Below, in pieces: positions 9,530 through 19,083 of a DNA stretch of 64,000 nucleotides. A program made the position numbers and the translations under genes. A model generated the notes under the pieces. That model was not told the DNA's origin and ran no database searches. It saw only the letters and a list, made by a program, of their open reading frames with translations. How positions within the stretch are numbered: position 1 is the stretch's first letter; every line of letters begins with the position of its first letter. The stretch covers positions 160,001 to 224,000 of the IMG/VR virus record IMGVR_UViG_2595698868_000001. One strand, written 5' to 3'. This DNA is from a virus (Duplodnaviria; Caudoviricetes).

Positions 9530-9760
9530 TCAACCATGTCCGGGCTCATCCGTCAACACTTGGCCGTCATTCGCCAGCAGTTTGCGTATCGCTTCCGCCT
9601 GGAACTGAGCGTTCCGTTCCTCGATCGGGTTGACGCCGACGAGGTGCTCTAGAAACTCGGCGCTGTCGTCGAGCATCGCACGAAGTGTGGCGATCCGCTT
9701 GGTCAGTCGCTCCTCGACAGTCATGGCGCCTGGAAAGGCTTGAACGTTCGACATCTTCAA
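9530..9760 (-). CDS. hypothetical protein
   Basis: tiled ORF. Confidence 0.6.
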   Translation of the reverse strand: MKMSNVQAFPGAMTVEERLTKRIATLRAMLDDSAEFLEHLVGVNPIEERNAQFQAEAIRKLLANDGQVLTDEPGHG

Positions 9761-10839
9761 GCCTTAGACATGGCAAGCAGCCACTGAGGGATGGTGACGT
9801 TCAGGCGATCGTTGACCGCCGCCGCCTGGGTGGAGATCGTGTTCGCCAAGTCTCGGGCCGACTGCATGATCATCATGATCGTCTGCTGGCCCTGGACGAG
9901 ACTGCCCAGGCGCTGGCCCGCGATGATCTGCTGGTTCGGCACGGTCAGCGCGGTGGTCGCCACCTCCAGCACCAAGGTATCCAGCCGCAGCGTTTCCAGG
10001 CGAGGCTGCATCTCTTCGATCTGCCGATTGACCTCGGCATCCAGCTTCTGGAGGATATCGCGGGCCTGCTCCAGGCGCACACGATAGAACTCGGGCTTCG
10101 ATCGGGCGAAGCGATCCAGGAACGACGGCGGTCGCGAATAGGAGTGCTCGCACTCCTGCGCCCATTGCACGGCGTTTGCGGTCGACAGCTTCGAGGTGTG
10201 GTCCTTGTGACGCTGAGCTTGATCGGTCAGCGCACGCATTTCCTTCTCGCCCCAGGTGATCCACTCGGAGGGCGACTGCTTCAGAAACATCTCCAGACGG
10301 CCACGGAAACGTGGATCGTTCGCCAGCTTTGCGTCCTTTGCAACAGCCGCTTCCATCATGGCGGGCGCTCGGGGATCGCCGCCGATCACCTTGTTGCTGG
10401 GACCTTCGAATCGGCGCGGAGCACCGCCGCCCCCCGCACCCGACACAGGTCGAGCCTGAAGCGGGAGGGCAGCCGGGATGTGAACTTGTCGAGTCGGTTG
10501 ACCAATCTGGTGCAGGTCCAGTGTGGTGCCGCTGTCCCCGCGCGTACCGGGCGTGCCATTGCTCATGCTGGGTACATGACGTTCCCGACCGGCGTTGGCG
10601 ATAATATCGGCGGCTGGAAGACTCAAGGCGCGCGGCGGCGACGCATTTTCTGGACGCGAAGTCGTCTTGGACGGCGCGGCGGGGAGATTGCCGAAGTTCA
10701 AGGCCTTTGGGATCGCATCCTTTTCCATCGGCATGGTACGCGCTCGCTGTAGCTTAGAAAGGTCCAGCGGACGGGGTTCATCCCCGTCCGCCGGCTTGGC
10801 CGGGAACACGAGCGGCTTAGGCTCGTAGTCCCCCGCCAT
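9757..10839 (-). CDS. helical protein with disordered N-terminus, possibly TelA/KlaA-related
   Basis: Pro-rich N-half, coiled-coil C-half ending LNVTIPQW; in Ter/Tel cluster. Confidence 0.55.
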   Translation of the reverse strand: MAGDYEPKPLVFPAKPADGDEPRPLDLSKLQRARTMPMEKDAIPKALNFGNLPAAPSKTTSRPENASPPRALSLPAADIIANAGRERHVPSMSNGTPGTRGDSGTTLDLHQIGQPTRQVHIPAALPLQARPVSGAGGGGAPRRFEGPSNKVIGGDPRAPAMMEAAVAKDAKLANDPRFRGRLEMFLKQSPSEWITWGEKEMRALTDQAQRHKDHTSKLSTANAVQWAQECEHSYSRPPSFLDRFARSKPEFYRVRLEQARDILQKLDAEVNRQIEEMQPRLETLRLDTLVLEVATTALTVPNQQIIAGQRLGSLVQGQQTIMMIMQSARDLANTISTQAAAVNDRLNVTIPQWLLAMSKA

Positions 10840-11496
10840 TTACGAGACGGTGGTGCCGGCCGGGGCCAGCAGCTTCACGAAGTCCGCCAGCGACGCAGCG
10901 GCGGGCACGCCCAGCGCCTTGAAGCGGAATTCGCCGTCCTTCTTGTAGAACGTGCCGAACTGGAGAGCGGTGGCGCCGCCGGCGTCTTCTTCCAGGTCGT
11001 AGTTGGCGATGGCCAGGGCCTTGTAGTCGGCTTCGGTCATGCCCGGATTGGCGGCTTCGGCGGCGAGCAGAGCGGCTTCTTCGTAGACGCGCACGTAGGC
11101 GTTGCGGACCAGACCGAAGTTCTGGTTGCGGGCAGCGGCTTCGTGGATCGTCACGGCGACGATGATCTCGTCGACGGCCGGGTTCAGCAGGCTGGTGTCG
11201 ATGGTGATGCGCTCATCATCGCCAGCGCCGTCGCCGGTCAGGTTGTCGCCCGAGTGGACGATCGCGCCGTCGGCGGACTTCAGGTTGCCGTAGAACACGA
11301 AGCTTTGCGAGGCCGGCGACAGCAGCTTGGGATCACCGTTGGCGTCCTTGACGCACGGGAACGCCGAGGCGTCCAGGTCCGGCGGGTTCTGCGGGTTCGG
11401 GTTCCAGCCCAGGCCCACCACGAAGCGCGAGACGCCCGGCGCGGTCTTCGACAGGTTCACGTTCGAACCCTTGGTCAGATTGATGGTGTCGGTCAC
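10840..11496 (-). CDS. terD: TerD-family stress protein
   Basis: INLTKG, VGLGW, DLDASA, FVFYGNL, HSGDNLTGDGAGDDE, QNFG, FRFKALG. Confidence 0.92.
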   Translation of the reverse strand: MTDTINLTKGSNVNLSKTAPGVSRFVVGLGWNPNPQNPPDLDASAFPCVKDANGDPKLLSPASQSFVFYGNLKSADGAIVHSGDNLTGDGAGDDERITIDTSLLNPAVDEIIVAVTIHEAAARNQNFGLVRNAYVRVYEEAALLAAEAANPGMTEADYKALAIANYDLEEDAGGATALQFGTFYKKDGEFRFKALGVPAAASLADFVKLLAPAGTTVS

Positions 11497-11521
11497 GACA
11501 TCCTCTCCTTTTCGTCAGATC

Positions 11522-11553
11522 AGGGCGAAGGTTGACCCGACGGCGTTCGCCCT
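11522..11553. other. intergenic hairpin
   Basis: AGGGCGAA...TTCGCCCT inverted repeat between terC-like and terD. Confidence 0.45.
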
Positions 11554-11572
11554 TTCGCCGTCAGGTATAGTT

Positions 11573-12604
11573 TTACTCGCCCGCGACGGCTTGCTTCAAG
11601 GCGGCGCGGTTGGCGAGCAGCGAGGTGATGAAAGCCGCGCCGATGAAACCAGCGCCAGCGAGACCCTTGACGATCTCGGGCAGTTCGTAGATCGGACCGA
11701 TCAGCATCATGCCGGCGAGCGCCAGGATTGCCCAGAAGGCTCCCATCTCCAGGTGCGGGAACTCGGTCAGCGTGCCGCGATCAACCGCCAGCAGCGTCAG
11801 TTCCCGAACGGCCAGGGCGCCCACGCCGAGACCCACCATGATCCAGACGATGTTGCTCGTCAGTGCGAAGGCGCCGATGACGCCGTCAAACGAGAAGCTG
11901 GCGTCCAGGACTTCCAGGTAGATGAAGCCGCCGATGCCGGCGCGGATGACCTTGTCGGCGCCGCCGCCTGCGATCGTGCCGAGCGTCTTGGTGATCGAGA
12001 AGAGGACGATGCCGACGAGACCCGCCGTCAGGTAGCTGTAGCGGAGGGCTTCGGGAACGAACGGAGCGATCACGAGCAGGGCGATCACGGCGATGACGGC
12101 TTCAGCCATGGTCGCGAGGCCCAGCTTGTTGAACAGGGCTTCGATCGGGCCGAGCCAATGGCTTTCCTTTTCCTGGTTCAGGAAGTATTCCAGGCCGACC
12201 AGCAACAGGAACGTGCCGCCGAACGCCGCGACGATGTGATGCACGCCTTCCAGCGTGTGGCCGTATCGGTTCGGGTCTTGGAACGCCATCTCCAGCACGG
12301 CCGCCGGCGACATGTGCGCCGCGAAGGCGACGATCAGGATCGGGAAGATGAAGCGCATGCCGAACACGGCGATGATGATGCCGACGCCCAGGAAGAGCTT
12401 CTTCCACTTCTCGTCCCAATTCTGAAGAACGTGGGCGTTGACGACGGCGTTGTCGAACGACAGCGAGATTTCCAGGATCGCCAGAAAGCCGACCGTGTAG
12501 GCCAGCGTCAGGCCGCCCATGAAGCCGGCGACGCCGACCGCGAGAACGAAAGCGATCAGCGGGACCGCGAAGTAGCTCCAGATGGAGCGGTGTTGGGTGG
12601 GCAC
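11573..12604 (-). CDS. TerC-like integral membrane protein (DUF475 family)
   Basis: LEISLSFDNAVVNA, FGMR, YLEVLDASFSFDGVIGAFA; multiple TM helices. Confidence 0.88.
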   Translation of the reverse strand: MPTQHRSIWSYFAVPLIAFVLAVGVAGFMGGLTLAYTVGFLAILEISLSFDNAVVNAHVLQNWDEKWKKLFLGVGIIIAVFGMRFIFPILIVAFAAHMSPAAVLEMAFQDPNRYGHTLEGVHHIVAAFGGTFLLLVGLEYFLNQEKESHWLGPIEALFNKLGLATMAEAVIAVIALLVIAPFVPEALRYSYLTAGLVGIVLFSITKTLGTIAGGGADKVIRAGIGGFIYLEVLDASFSFDGVIGAFALTSNIVWIMVGLGVGALAVRELTLLAVDRGTLTEFPHLEMGAFWAILALAGMMLIGPIYELPEIVKGLAGAGFIGAAFITSLLANRAALKQAVAGE

Positions 12605-12635
12605 GAAGGTGAACTCCTATGCTTGAGGGCTGGAA

Positions 12636-12658
12636 GGGCGTCGGCTCGACCGACGCCC
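12636..12658. other. intergenic 9-bp hairpin (possible mRNA stabiliser or weak terminator)
   Basis: GGGCGTCGG-CTCGA-CCGACGCCC. Confidence 0.55.
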
Positions 12659-12666
12659 CAGCGGGA

Positions 12667-13371
12667 TCAGGCGGCGCCGTGCTTCTTCAGGAAGGCCAGG
12701 AACTCTTCCGTGGCGAGCGCGTCGTACATCTGCTCGTCGGTCATCTCGATCGAGCGCATGTGGATGAAGCCGCAGTTGTCGTAGTCGTCGGCCAGCTTCT
12801 TCAGGCCCTGGAAGGTCGCGCCGGTGCCGATACCGATCAGGTGGAAGTAGACGGGCTTGCCCGTCTTCTCGGCCTCGCCCAGCAGCTTGCCGGTCTCGTT
12901 CACGTCACGGTCGCTGGTGTCGCCGTCCGTGAAGAACAGCACCAGGGCGGGGTCCTTGGCCGAGGTGGCAGCCTTGGAGAAGATGTTGGCGAACGCGCCG
13001 GCCTTCGGGAAAAGCTTGGCGAGGTTCGCGGCCACAGTCGGAGCGTATTGGGTGCCACCGCCGACGAGACGCCGAACGTGGTTGCCGATGTAGGAGCCGA
13101 AATCCGAGGCGGTGGCGCCCGGCAGTTCATGCGGACGTTCGTCGAACGCGACCACTTCGATCTCGCCGTTGTCGTCGAAGGTCAGCGCGTAGCCGATCAG
13201 GCGCTTGAACACTTCTTCGACGACGCCGCGCGAATAGAGGCCGTTCATGGAGCCGGAGACGTCGAGGTCCGCGAGGACGCGCATCGTCGGCAGCTTAGTG
13301 AGGCCCTTCTTGGCGAGCGAGATGGTAACCTTCTCGGCCTTCTCTTTGGCCAGATTGATAACGTCGGACAT
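12667..13371 (-). CDS. von Willebrand factor A domain protein (Ter-associated)
   Basis: MIDAS DVSGSM, GGT, FFTDG, DNCGF. Confidence 0.85.
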   Translation of the reverse strand: MSDVINLAKEKAEKVTISLAKKGLTKLPTMRVLADLDVSGSMNGLYSRGVVEEVFKRLIGYALTFDDNGEIEVVAFDERPHELPGATASDFGSYIGNHVRRLVGGGTQYAPTVAANLAKLFPKAGAFANIFSKAATSAKDPALVLFFTDGDTSDRDVNETGKLLGEAEKTGKPVYFHLIGIGTGATFQGLKKLADDYDNCGFIHMRSIEMTDEQMYDALATEEFLAFLKKHGAA

Positions 13372-13407
13372 GGGTTCTCCCCTGGAAATGTTGATGTGAG
13401 GGTACGC

Positions 13408-14496
13408 TTACGCGGTCGCCGCCAGCTTGGCCGCGAGATCGCGGCTCATCTGTTCGACCAGAGGACGCTGCGTGGTGACGCGAGTGACCATGTCCTCTTG
13501 AATCTTCTTGGAGGCGTCCAGGGTGCGGAACAGTTCGTCGCGGACGATCTGGAGCGTCTGGATGTCGACCGAACCACGCGCCATCTGCTCCCGGATCAGG
13601 ACGGTGCCGGTGCCGAGTTGCTTGGCGTTCGCCTGGATGATCGCGTTGTTCATGTCCTTGACCTTCTTCGCGAACTCGGCGGTCTGGACCTGCTCCATAT
13701 TGATGATGTACTTCGCGAAGGCCATCTGGAGTTGCGGCAGCGTGGTCTCGCGGACCTCGCCCAGCGTCATCACGAGCATGGCGCCGTTCTGCTTGGCCGT
13801 GTCGAGTTCGACAGCCGACATCTCGCCCAGCAGAAGGCCGTCACGCAGGTCGCCGACGCGCTTCTTGGCGAAGGCGATCGTGGTGGTCCACGCATTGAGG
13901 CGCTGGGCCGCCAGGGCGTCGCCATCCGCCACCGTCGGCATGTTGGCCTCCATCCAGGCGATCCGGCGCTCGCCCTCGGCGATCTTGGCCTTGGTGGCTT
14001 CGTAGCGCTGGTTGTTCTCGACCGCCAGCGCGTCGATGTCCTTCTGGCGTTGCGTCATGCGCACCGCGTGCTTGTCGACGTCGGCGGCCAGGGTGTTGAC
14101 CTGCTTGTCGACCGAGGAGAAGTGCGATTCGAGTTGACGCTTCGATCGCTTCAGGAACCCGAAGATGCCGCCCTTGAACTTGCCGGGATCGTACTGCTGG
14201 GCGCCGATCACCAGAGCGTTCAGGGATTTCCCCATCTCACCCAGGTCGTTGGCGAGCATTGACTGGTTGATCTTCGAGACGATGTTGGTCTGAGCCATGG
14301 CTTCGGTGCGGCCGAAATCCATGACGCTGGTCATGTCGAAGGCTTGTTCGGGAGCCAGCGATGGCGTCAGCGCGGGCGCTCCGTAGTTAGCGCCCATCGC
14401 CATCGGTTGGACCTGCGGCGCGGCCGGGGCTGGGGAAATGGGAGCGGTCGGCGTCGCGACCGGCTTGCCCAGGTTGAGACCACGCGGTTCGGTCAT
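13408..14496 (-). CDS. toxic anion resistance protein (TelA/KlaA family)
   Basis: KGGIFGFLK..F.SV.KQV, KRVGDL, TTLP, NxxIxxNAxxL, VDIQTL. Confidence 0.8.
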   Translation of the reverse strand: MTEPRGLNLGKPVATPTAPISPAPAAPQVQPMAMGANYGAPALTPSLAPEQAFDMTSVMDFGRTEAMAQTNIVSKINQSMLANDLGEMGKSLNALVIGAQQYDPGKFKGGIFGFLKRSKRQLESHFSSVDKQVNTLAADVDKHAVRMTQRQKDIDALAVENNQRYEATKAKIAEGERRIAWMEANMPTVADGDALAAQRLNAWTTTIAFAKKRVGDLRDGLLLGEMSAVELDTAKQNGAMLVMTLGEVRETTLPQLQMAFAKYIINMEQVQTAEFAKKVKDMNNAIIQANAKQLGTGTVLIREQMARGSVDIQTLQIVRDELFRTLDASKKIQEDMVTRVTTQRPLVEQMSRDLAAKLAATA

Positions 14497-14508
14497 CGAT
14501 GAGGCTCC

Positions 14509-14772
14509 TTAAGCCTTGGGAAGGTAAGAGGTGACGATGCGCGCCGACGATTCGGCGGCGGCGGCGAACTGCGACAGCGCTTGGCGCAGTTCCTTGGGGT
14601 AGACATCGAGTTGCCCCAAGTCGGACGCTTCCTGCGTCAGGCCGGCGAGGCGGCGAAGCAGGCTGTCGACTTCAGCATAGGCTTCCGCCTTGATGCTGGC
14701 TTGGCGCTCGCGCAGCGTTTGGGCGGGCGACTTGTACGTTTCGGCGGGGGTCAGGGCAGGTGCGGCGCTCAA
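14509..14772 (-). CDS. hypothetical protein
   Basis: AGGAGACCC RBS then TTG at 14772; first gene after promoter. Confidence 0.7.
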   Translation of the reverse strand: MSAAPALTPAETYKSPAQTLRERQASIKAEAYAEVDSLLRRLAGLTQEASDLGQLDVYPKELRQALSQFAAAAESSARIVTSYLPKA

Positions 14773-14801
14773 TTGGGTCTCCTGTGTCAATCGTCTCGGC
14801 G

Positions 14802-14830
14802 GTCTTAGAGGGTGTTTTGCTGTCTGTCAA
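14802..14830 (-). promoter_or_regulatory. class A promoter
   Basis: GAGAG-TTGACA-17bp-TAAGAC, followed by GACGATT leader; -35 overlaps upstream stop. Confidence 0.8.
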
Positions 14831-15348
14831 CTCTCGGCTTCAAGACTGCGTCCGACCCAGATGCGCGCGCTTTCATCGTAGAACAAATTCTCGATCAAAA
14901 CCTTTGCGCGCATGCCCTTGAGGGACACGAGCACACCGGTCAACGAGTTCATCAGCGCCTGCCCCGAAAACACCGCGCGCGGCTGGCCGAGAAGGTGAGA
15001 GATGAAGCCCATCTGCCCGTCGATGAGCGCCGGTTCGCCGAAACGCGGAGAAAGTCCGCTGATCGGAAGAGTCGCCTTGTCGACCTGAGAGGCCGATTGG
15101 ATCACCTTCTGAGGCCAGTACACCCAGACACGTGACTTGGGCTTCCAGGTCATACGCTTGAAGTCGAGCGTGACCTTGGTGTGGCCGTTCTTATCCTTCG
15201 GCACCAACACCGTAACTCGCCCGCCCAGATAATGCTGAACCGTGCCGTTGACGTTCTCGTCCAAGAAGAGTGCCGCCTGGACCTTGTCACCGCGCCGAGG
15301 TAGGCGCAGCGGATGGGCATCACGCCCAGAAGCTTCTACTGCATTCAT
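14827..15348 (-). CDS. hypothetical protein
   Basis: first gene of minus-strand arm; ends ...AES* in promoter. Confidence 0.65.
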   Translation of the reverse strand: MNAVEASGRDAHPLRLPRRGDKVQAALFLDENVNGTVQHYLGGRVTVLVPKDKNGHTKVTLDFKRMTWKPKSRVWVYWPQKVIQSASQVDKATLPISGLSPRFGEPALIDGQMGFISHLLGQPRAVFSGQALMNSLTGVLVSLKGMRAKVLIENLFYDESARIWVGRSLEAES

Positions 15349-15391
15349 GTGGGAACAGGCCGCCTCCGAACGGCACTGGAAGGCGGCAAAA

Positions 15392-15408
15392 TGCCGGTCT
15401 TATTGACA
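15392..15408. promoter_or_regulatory. 17-bp palindromic operator
   Basis: TGCCGGTCTTATTGACA, 15/17 identical to site at 39710. Confidence 0.6.
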
Positions 15409-15426
15409 AGGCCACAGCCCCGGCGC

Positions 15427-15488
15427 CAGCGCAAGCGGAATCCTCTGTGCGTCAAGAGTTGACAAACGACAGCTTCACCAGCTAGGTG
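15427..15488. promoter_or_regulatory. back-to-back divergent promoters at the strand switch
   Basis: CGTCAA-GAG-TTGACA: TTGACG on minus (weak -10) and TTGACA..GCTAGG on plus. Confidence 0.6.
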
Positions 15489-15618
15489 CTCGCTTCCGCA
15501 ACAGCGCCTGGAGGTTCGATGTCCTTGCCTGAATGTCTCACTCGACCTTGGACGTTTCAGCGTTTCCTCATCATCCTCGGAAGCGGCGCCGGCGGCCTGT
15601 TCGCGGCACTCTATCTCC

Positions 15619-15804
15619 ATGGCCGCTTCTGATCTGACCCCTGAAGAGCGACGACTTGCCGCAGCGATCGATGCGATGGAGAAGCGGCGCGCTCTCGCCA
15701 AGACCGAAGGTGACATCGTGACCGACGCCGAGATCACGAACTGGTTTCGAGAGCATGCGGCGGTCATTCGCCCGCTGCGTGACAAGCTCGAAGGTGACTG
15801 GTGA
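15619..15804 (+). CDS. hypothetical protein
   Basis: short ORF between promoters. Confidence 0.6.
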   Translation: MAASDLTPEERRLAAAIDAMEKRRALAKTEGDIVTDAEITNWFREHAAVIRPLRDKLEGDW

Positions 15805-15813
15805 AAAAGGTGC

Positions 15814-15842
15814 TTGACGCCTGCTGAGTGTTTCTTTACAAA
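15814..15842 (+). promoter_or_regulatory. class B promoter
   Basis: TTGACG..GTTTCTTTACA then GACGAC and GGAGG. Confidence 0.8.
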
Positions 15843-15871
15843 CCACTCCGACGACAACGCCAGGAGGCACC

Positions 15872-16900
15872 ATGCAACCGACCGACTTCCCGCTTATCCG
15901 CGCCGCCATCTCGCCCCGTCGGGCCGCTCAATTCGACGCCGCGCTGGCGAACGTCAAGGCGTTCACCGAAGAGGGCGTCCTGATCAAAGCCGAGTGGAAC
16001 GACATCAAGGATACGTTCAGCCGCGCGATCGACGAAACCTGGAGCGCCTTCAAGGATGCGGAATACTATCCCCGCGCGCGCGCCGGCGAAACCGAAGAAG
16101 TTGGGAAGCTCTATTGGGGTCTCCTGAGCCCCTATCCGCATGTTCTGGCGAGCTACCTGAAAAAGGTCCAGGCCGCCAAGAACATCGAACCGGCCGTCCT
16201 GCGCGACTTCCCGATCGCTTTCTTCACCGAGGCGCTGCCGCTGAACGACATGCTCGTCGCGCTGAAGCCGCTGATCGGTAAGCGCGCTCCGAAGAAGACC
16301 AAAGTCCAGATCGAGCGCGAAGGCAAGGAGCGGACCTGTCAGGTCTGCGGGCGCGGCATCCTGGCCGAAAACGGCCGAATCGCCCACCATGGCTATCAGC
16401 GCCCCGGCATGGGCTATCAGACCGCCTCATGCTCGGGCGCCCTTCATGTCCCCTTCGAGATCAGCCGCGACGCCCTTGGCGACGACATCAAGAATCTGGA
16501 GCGCTACCGCGCCCGCCGTCAGGCTTATCGCGTCGAGGTCGAGACCGAGACGGTCAGCCTGCCGATCAACTACGAAGTCTCCGAGCAGGACCCGCGCCGA
16601 GCGCTGGGCTTCAAGCACGTCGTCAAGAAGATGATCCACGTCACCCGCGACGACTTCGACGCCCAGAAGGTCACGACGCCCGAGGCGTTCGCCGGCAAGT
16701 ACGGGCCGCGCAAGCCTGAAGGCTACGGCTGGATGCCGTTCGATTTCGACGCGCTCAAGACCCAAATCCTGGGTAGCATCGACAACGAGATCGACATCAT
16801 CACCAGCACGATCAATCGGCAACAGGCGCGCTACGACGGCTGGAAGCAGACGCTCGTGTTCGTCGACGGCGCCTATCAGGCTTTCACCGGGGAGAACTAA
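15872..16900 (+). CDS. hypothetical protein with putative Zn-binding motif
   Basis: GGAGG RBS; CQVC..IAHHGY..C.G. Confidence 0.85.
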   Translation: MQPTDFPLIRAAISPRRAAQFDAALANVKAFTEEGVLIKAEWNDIKDTFSRAIDETWSAFKDAEYYPRARAGETEEVGKLYWGLLSPYPHVLASYLKKVQAAKNIEPAVLRDFPIAFFTEALPLNDMLVALKPLIGKRAPKKTKVQIEREGKERTCQVCGRGILAENGRIAHHGYQRPGMGYQTASCSGALHVPFEISRDALGDDIKNLERYRARRQAYRVEVETETVSLPINYEVSEQDPRRALGFKHVVKKMIHVTRDDFDAQKVTTPEAFAGKYGPRKPEGYGWMPFDFDALKTQILGSIDNEIDIITSTINRQQARYDGWKQTLVFVDGAYQAFTGEN

Positions 16901-16903
16901 ATC

Positions 16904-17140
16904 ATGAACCAGCGCGCCAACTTCTACTGCCCGATCGGCGGCCAGCCTCTCGTGGCGATCCACAACGACGTCCTGAATGCGCTGACGATTAGAACCCTCC
17001 AGCATGAGCATTCGACCGAGGACACTCAACTCTGGCTCGCCAGCATCGGCTGGGGACTGGAACGCAATATCAGCCTCAAGGGGGCCAAGACGCTCCTGGC
17101 CATGGGCGGCGTGCGCGACATCGAGTTCGAGGGCATCTGA
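16904..17140 (+). CDS. hypothetical protein
   Basis: tiled ORF. Confidence 0.7.
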   Translation: MNQRANFYCPIGGQPLVAIHNDVLNALTIRTLQHEHSTEDTQLWLASIGWGLERNISLKGAKTLLAMGGVRDIEFEGI

Positions 17141-17493
17141 TGGCCTTCGTCAGCGACATCCAGCCCCTGTGCCGCTACTGCGGCTGCGGCATAGGCAAGC
17201 ATACGACGACGGTCTGGTTCGATTCGACCAACGGTCGCCTGAATTCAGGGTGGTTTTCCTACCGGCCCGAGAAGCCCACTTCGAAGGCCGAGGCGCAGGC
17301 GCTGCTGAACCAGCAGATCGTTTCGGTCCGCTGGGCCACGAAGTCGGCTTACCAATACGGTGACGATGAGGCCGGCGAACGCCTGTTCATCAATCAAGTC
17401 ACCATCTGGGACGGCGTATCCTATCGTGACGAGTTCTTCTGCAAGGATGAACACGCCAAGCTATTCGGCTACGCGGCGGCGCGGGGCGGGTAA
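17140..17493 (+). CDS. hypothetical Cys-containing protein, paralog of C-terminus of 33947-34753
   Basis: CxxC ... WDGxSxxDxxFC shared motif. Confidence 0.75.
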   Translation: MAFVSDIQPLCRYCGCGIGKHTTTVWFDSTNGRLNSGWFSYRPEKPTSKAEAQALLNQQIVSVRWATKSAYQYGDDEAGERLFINQVTIWDGVSYRDEFFCKDEHAKLFGYAAARGG

Positions 17494-17540
17494 GCCATGA
17501 GGGAATACAATGACGCGCTCGCGCGTCGTGGTTCCAAGAG

Positions 17541-17569
17541 TTGACAGACAACTCTTACTCGCCTATCAG
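17541..17569 (+). promoter_or_regulatory. class A promoter
   Basis: AAGAG-TTGACA-17bp-TATCAG. Confidence 0.7.
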
Positions 17570-17598
17570 GCTAACTTCATAGCAGAAGGACCCACTCC

Positions 17599-18201
17599 GT
17601 GACCGCACCGGTTACCTACATCGCCGATTTTATCCCGCCGGGCATCGTGAGCGCGCTGTTCGACAGCCTGCGCTCCGAACTGGCGTGGCAGCGGCGCGTG
17701 ATGCGTAATGTGCGTATCGTGGATGGCGTCGAGCACGTTACGGAACAACCGGTCCCTCGCGCCGAATATTGGACCAACACGTTCAATCGCCCGTACACCT
17801 ACGGACGCGGCGCCGGCATTCGGACGTATCAGCCCCAGCCTGATCACGAGATCATTGGGAACCTGCGCTCCGCGCTGGAAGCCCAACACAACTCGTATCT
17901 AGAGGGATGCTTCCTGAACATGTACGAGAACGGTCGCGATGCTTTGGGCTGGCACGCCGATGACGATCCAGGCATCGACCACTCCAAGCCGATCGCTGTG
18001 ATCACGCTCGGACAAGGTCGCGAACTCCGCTACAAGGCACAGGAGCCCGGCTCCCATCCTATCAGCATCTTCCTGGAGCCCGGCTCCCTGCTGCTGATGC
18101 ACGCGGGAATGCAGCAGACCCACTATCACATGATCCCGGCCGTGAAGGACCGCGAGATCGGCACCCGCATCTCTCTAACCTACAGGGGACTCATTCAATG
18201 A
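17599..18201 (+). CDS. AlkB-family 2OG-Fe(II) dioxygenase
   Basis: LNMYENGRDALGWHADD (HxD), GSLLLM, HYH, RISLTYR. Confidence 0.9.
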   Translation: MTAPVTYIADFIPPGIVSALFDSLRSELAWQRRVMRNVRIVDGVEHVTEQPVPRAEYWTNTFNRPYTYGRGAGIRTYQPQPDHEIIGNLRSALEAQHNSYLEGCFLNMYENGRDALGWHADDDPGIDHSKPIAVITLGQGRELRYKAQEPGSHPISIFLEPGSLLLMHAGMQQTHYHMIPAVKDREIGTRISLTYRGLIQ

Positions 18202-18320
18202 CCGAGCCGCACGTCATCGAGCACAAGCATACGGTGAAGTTGGAGATCAGCTTCGATCTGTTCGGAATGTTCTCCAGTCTCGTCGGCATCGGCGTCATCT
18301 GCTGGCTTTTCCTGAAGTAG
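18198..18320 (+). CDS. small membrane protein
   Basis: ATGA overlap; 40 aa with hydrophobic C-terminus. Confidence 0.5.
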   Translation: MTEPHVIEHKHTVKLEISFDLFGMFSSLVGIGVICWLFLK

Positions 18321-18321
18321 G

Positions 18322-18555
18322 ATGCCGGCCGACCGGTACGTCGTGGTGCATGCGCTCGAAGGGGAAGATGAACAAGAAGTCCCCTTCGAGCGCAAAGGCC
18401 TAGCCTTCGCTTACGCAAAGCGAAAGCTGAAGCTCATCGACACAATGGAACGTTGTGTCGCAGTTCAGTTCCAGGTGGAAGAGAAAGGCCGATGGGTTGC
18501 GCTCGACACCTGGAAGTTCTTCTACAACGGAGACATCGACCACATCGCCCACTAG
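18322..18555 (+). CDS. hypothetical protein
   Basis: tiled ORF. Confidence 0.65.
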   Translation: MPADRYVVVHALEGEDEQEVPFERKGLAFAYAKRKLKLIDTMERCVAVQFQVEEKGRWVALDTWKFFYNGDIDHIAH

Positions 18556-18569
18556 CTGAAGGAGTCCTC

Positions 18570-19049
18570 ATGAAACTCGCCATCCTGCTCGCCGCTACCT
18601 TGATCGCAACGCCCGCGCTGGCGCAGTGCCCCATCGGAGGCAACTGCATGAGCGATCCTCAAGCCTGGAAAAACATGTTCGGTGCGTCGCCGGCGCAGCG
18701 AGCCGAGCAATCCAGCGCACGCCGCGCAGCCGAATCGGTGATCCAGGACCGGCAGACGCAAGCCAATGCCGATCTGCTGGGCGACATGGGGCAGGTCGAG
18801 CGCTATCGCCTGACCTACTCGGTCGAGGATACCCTGACCAGACTCAGTGGAGCGCCTACCACTGTTCTGCGCGCTACCGTGCTGGCGCGGGGTGGTGGGT
18901 ATCTCTTCTGCGGTTCGGCGCTCTACGGCCAGAGCGACAACGGCATCTTCGTGCTGGACACTCGGCCCGGCGGGATCGCGACGCTCCACGCATCTAAGGA
19001 TGCGTTCATCGCCGCCGGCTGCGGACAACCTGCGACAATCTTGCGCTGA
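18570..19049 (+). CDS. secreted hypothetical protein
   Basis: AAGGAG RBS; signal peptide MKLAILLAATLIATPALA. Confidence 0.75.
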   Translation: MKLAILLAATLIATPALAQCPIGGNCMSDPQAWKNMFGASPAQRAEQSSARRAAESVIQDRQTQANADLLGDMGQVERYRLTYSVEDTLTRLSGAPTTVLRATVLARGGGYLFCGSALYGQSDNGIFVLDTRPGGIATLHASKDAFIAAGCGQPATILR

Positions 19050-19054
19050 GACTG

Positions 19055-19083
19055 TTGACAGGGTGTTCTAGTTTCTTTACATC
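19055..19083 (+). promoter_or_regulatory. class B promoter
   Basis: TTGACA..GTTTCTTTACA, GACGATC, GAGGAG. Confidence 0.82.

Noticed and set aside
372-14262. Long plus-strand ORFs (372-2093, 7840-9633, 11327-12784, 12619-14262)
   Set aside because: Antisense shadows of well-supported minus-strand genes in GC-rich DNA; no RBS or motifs.
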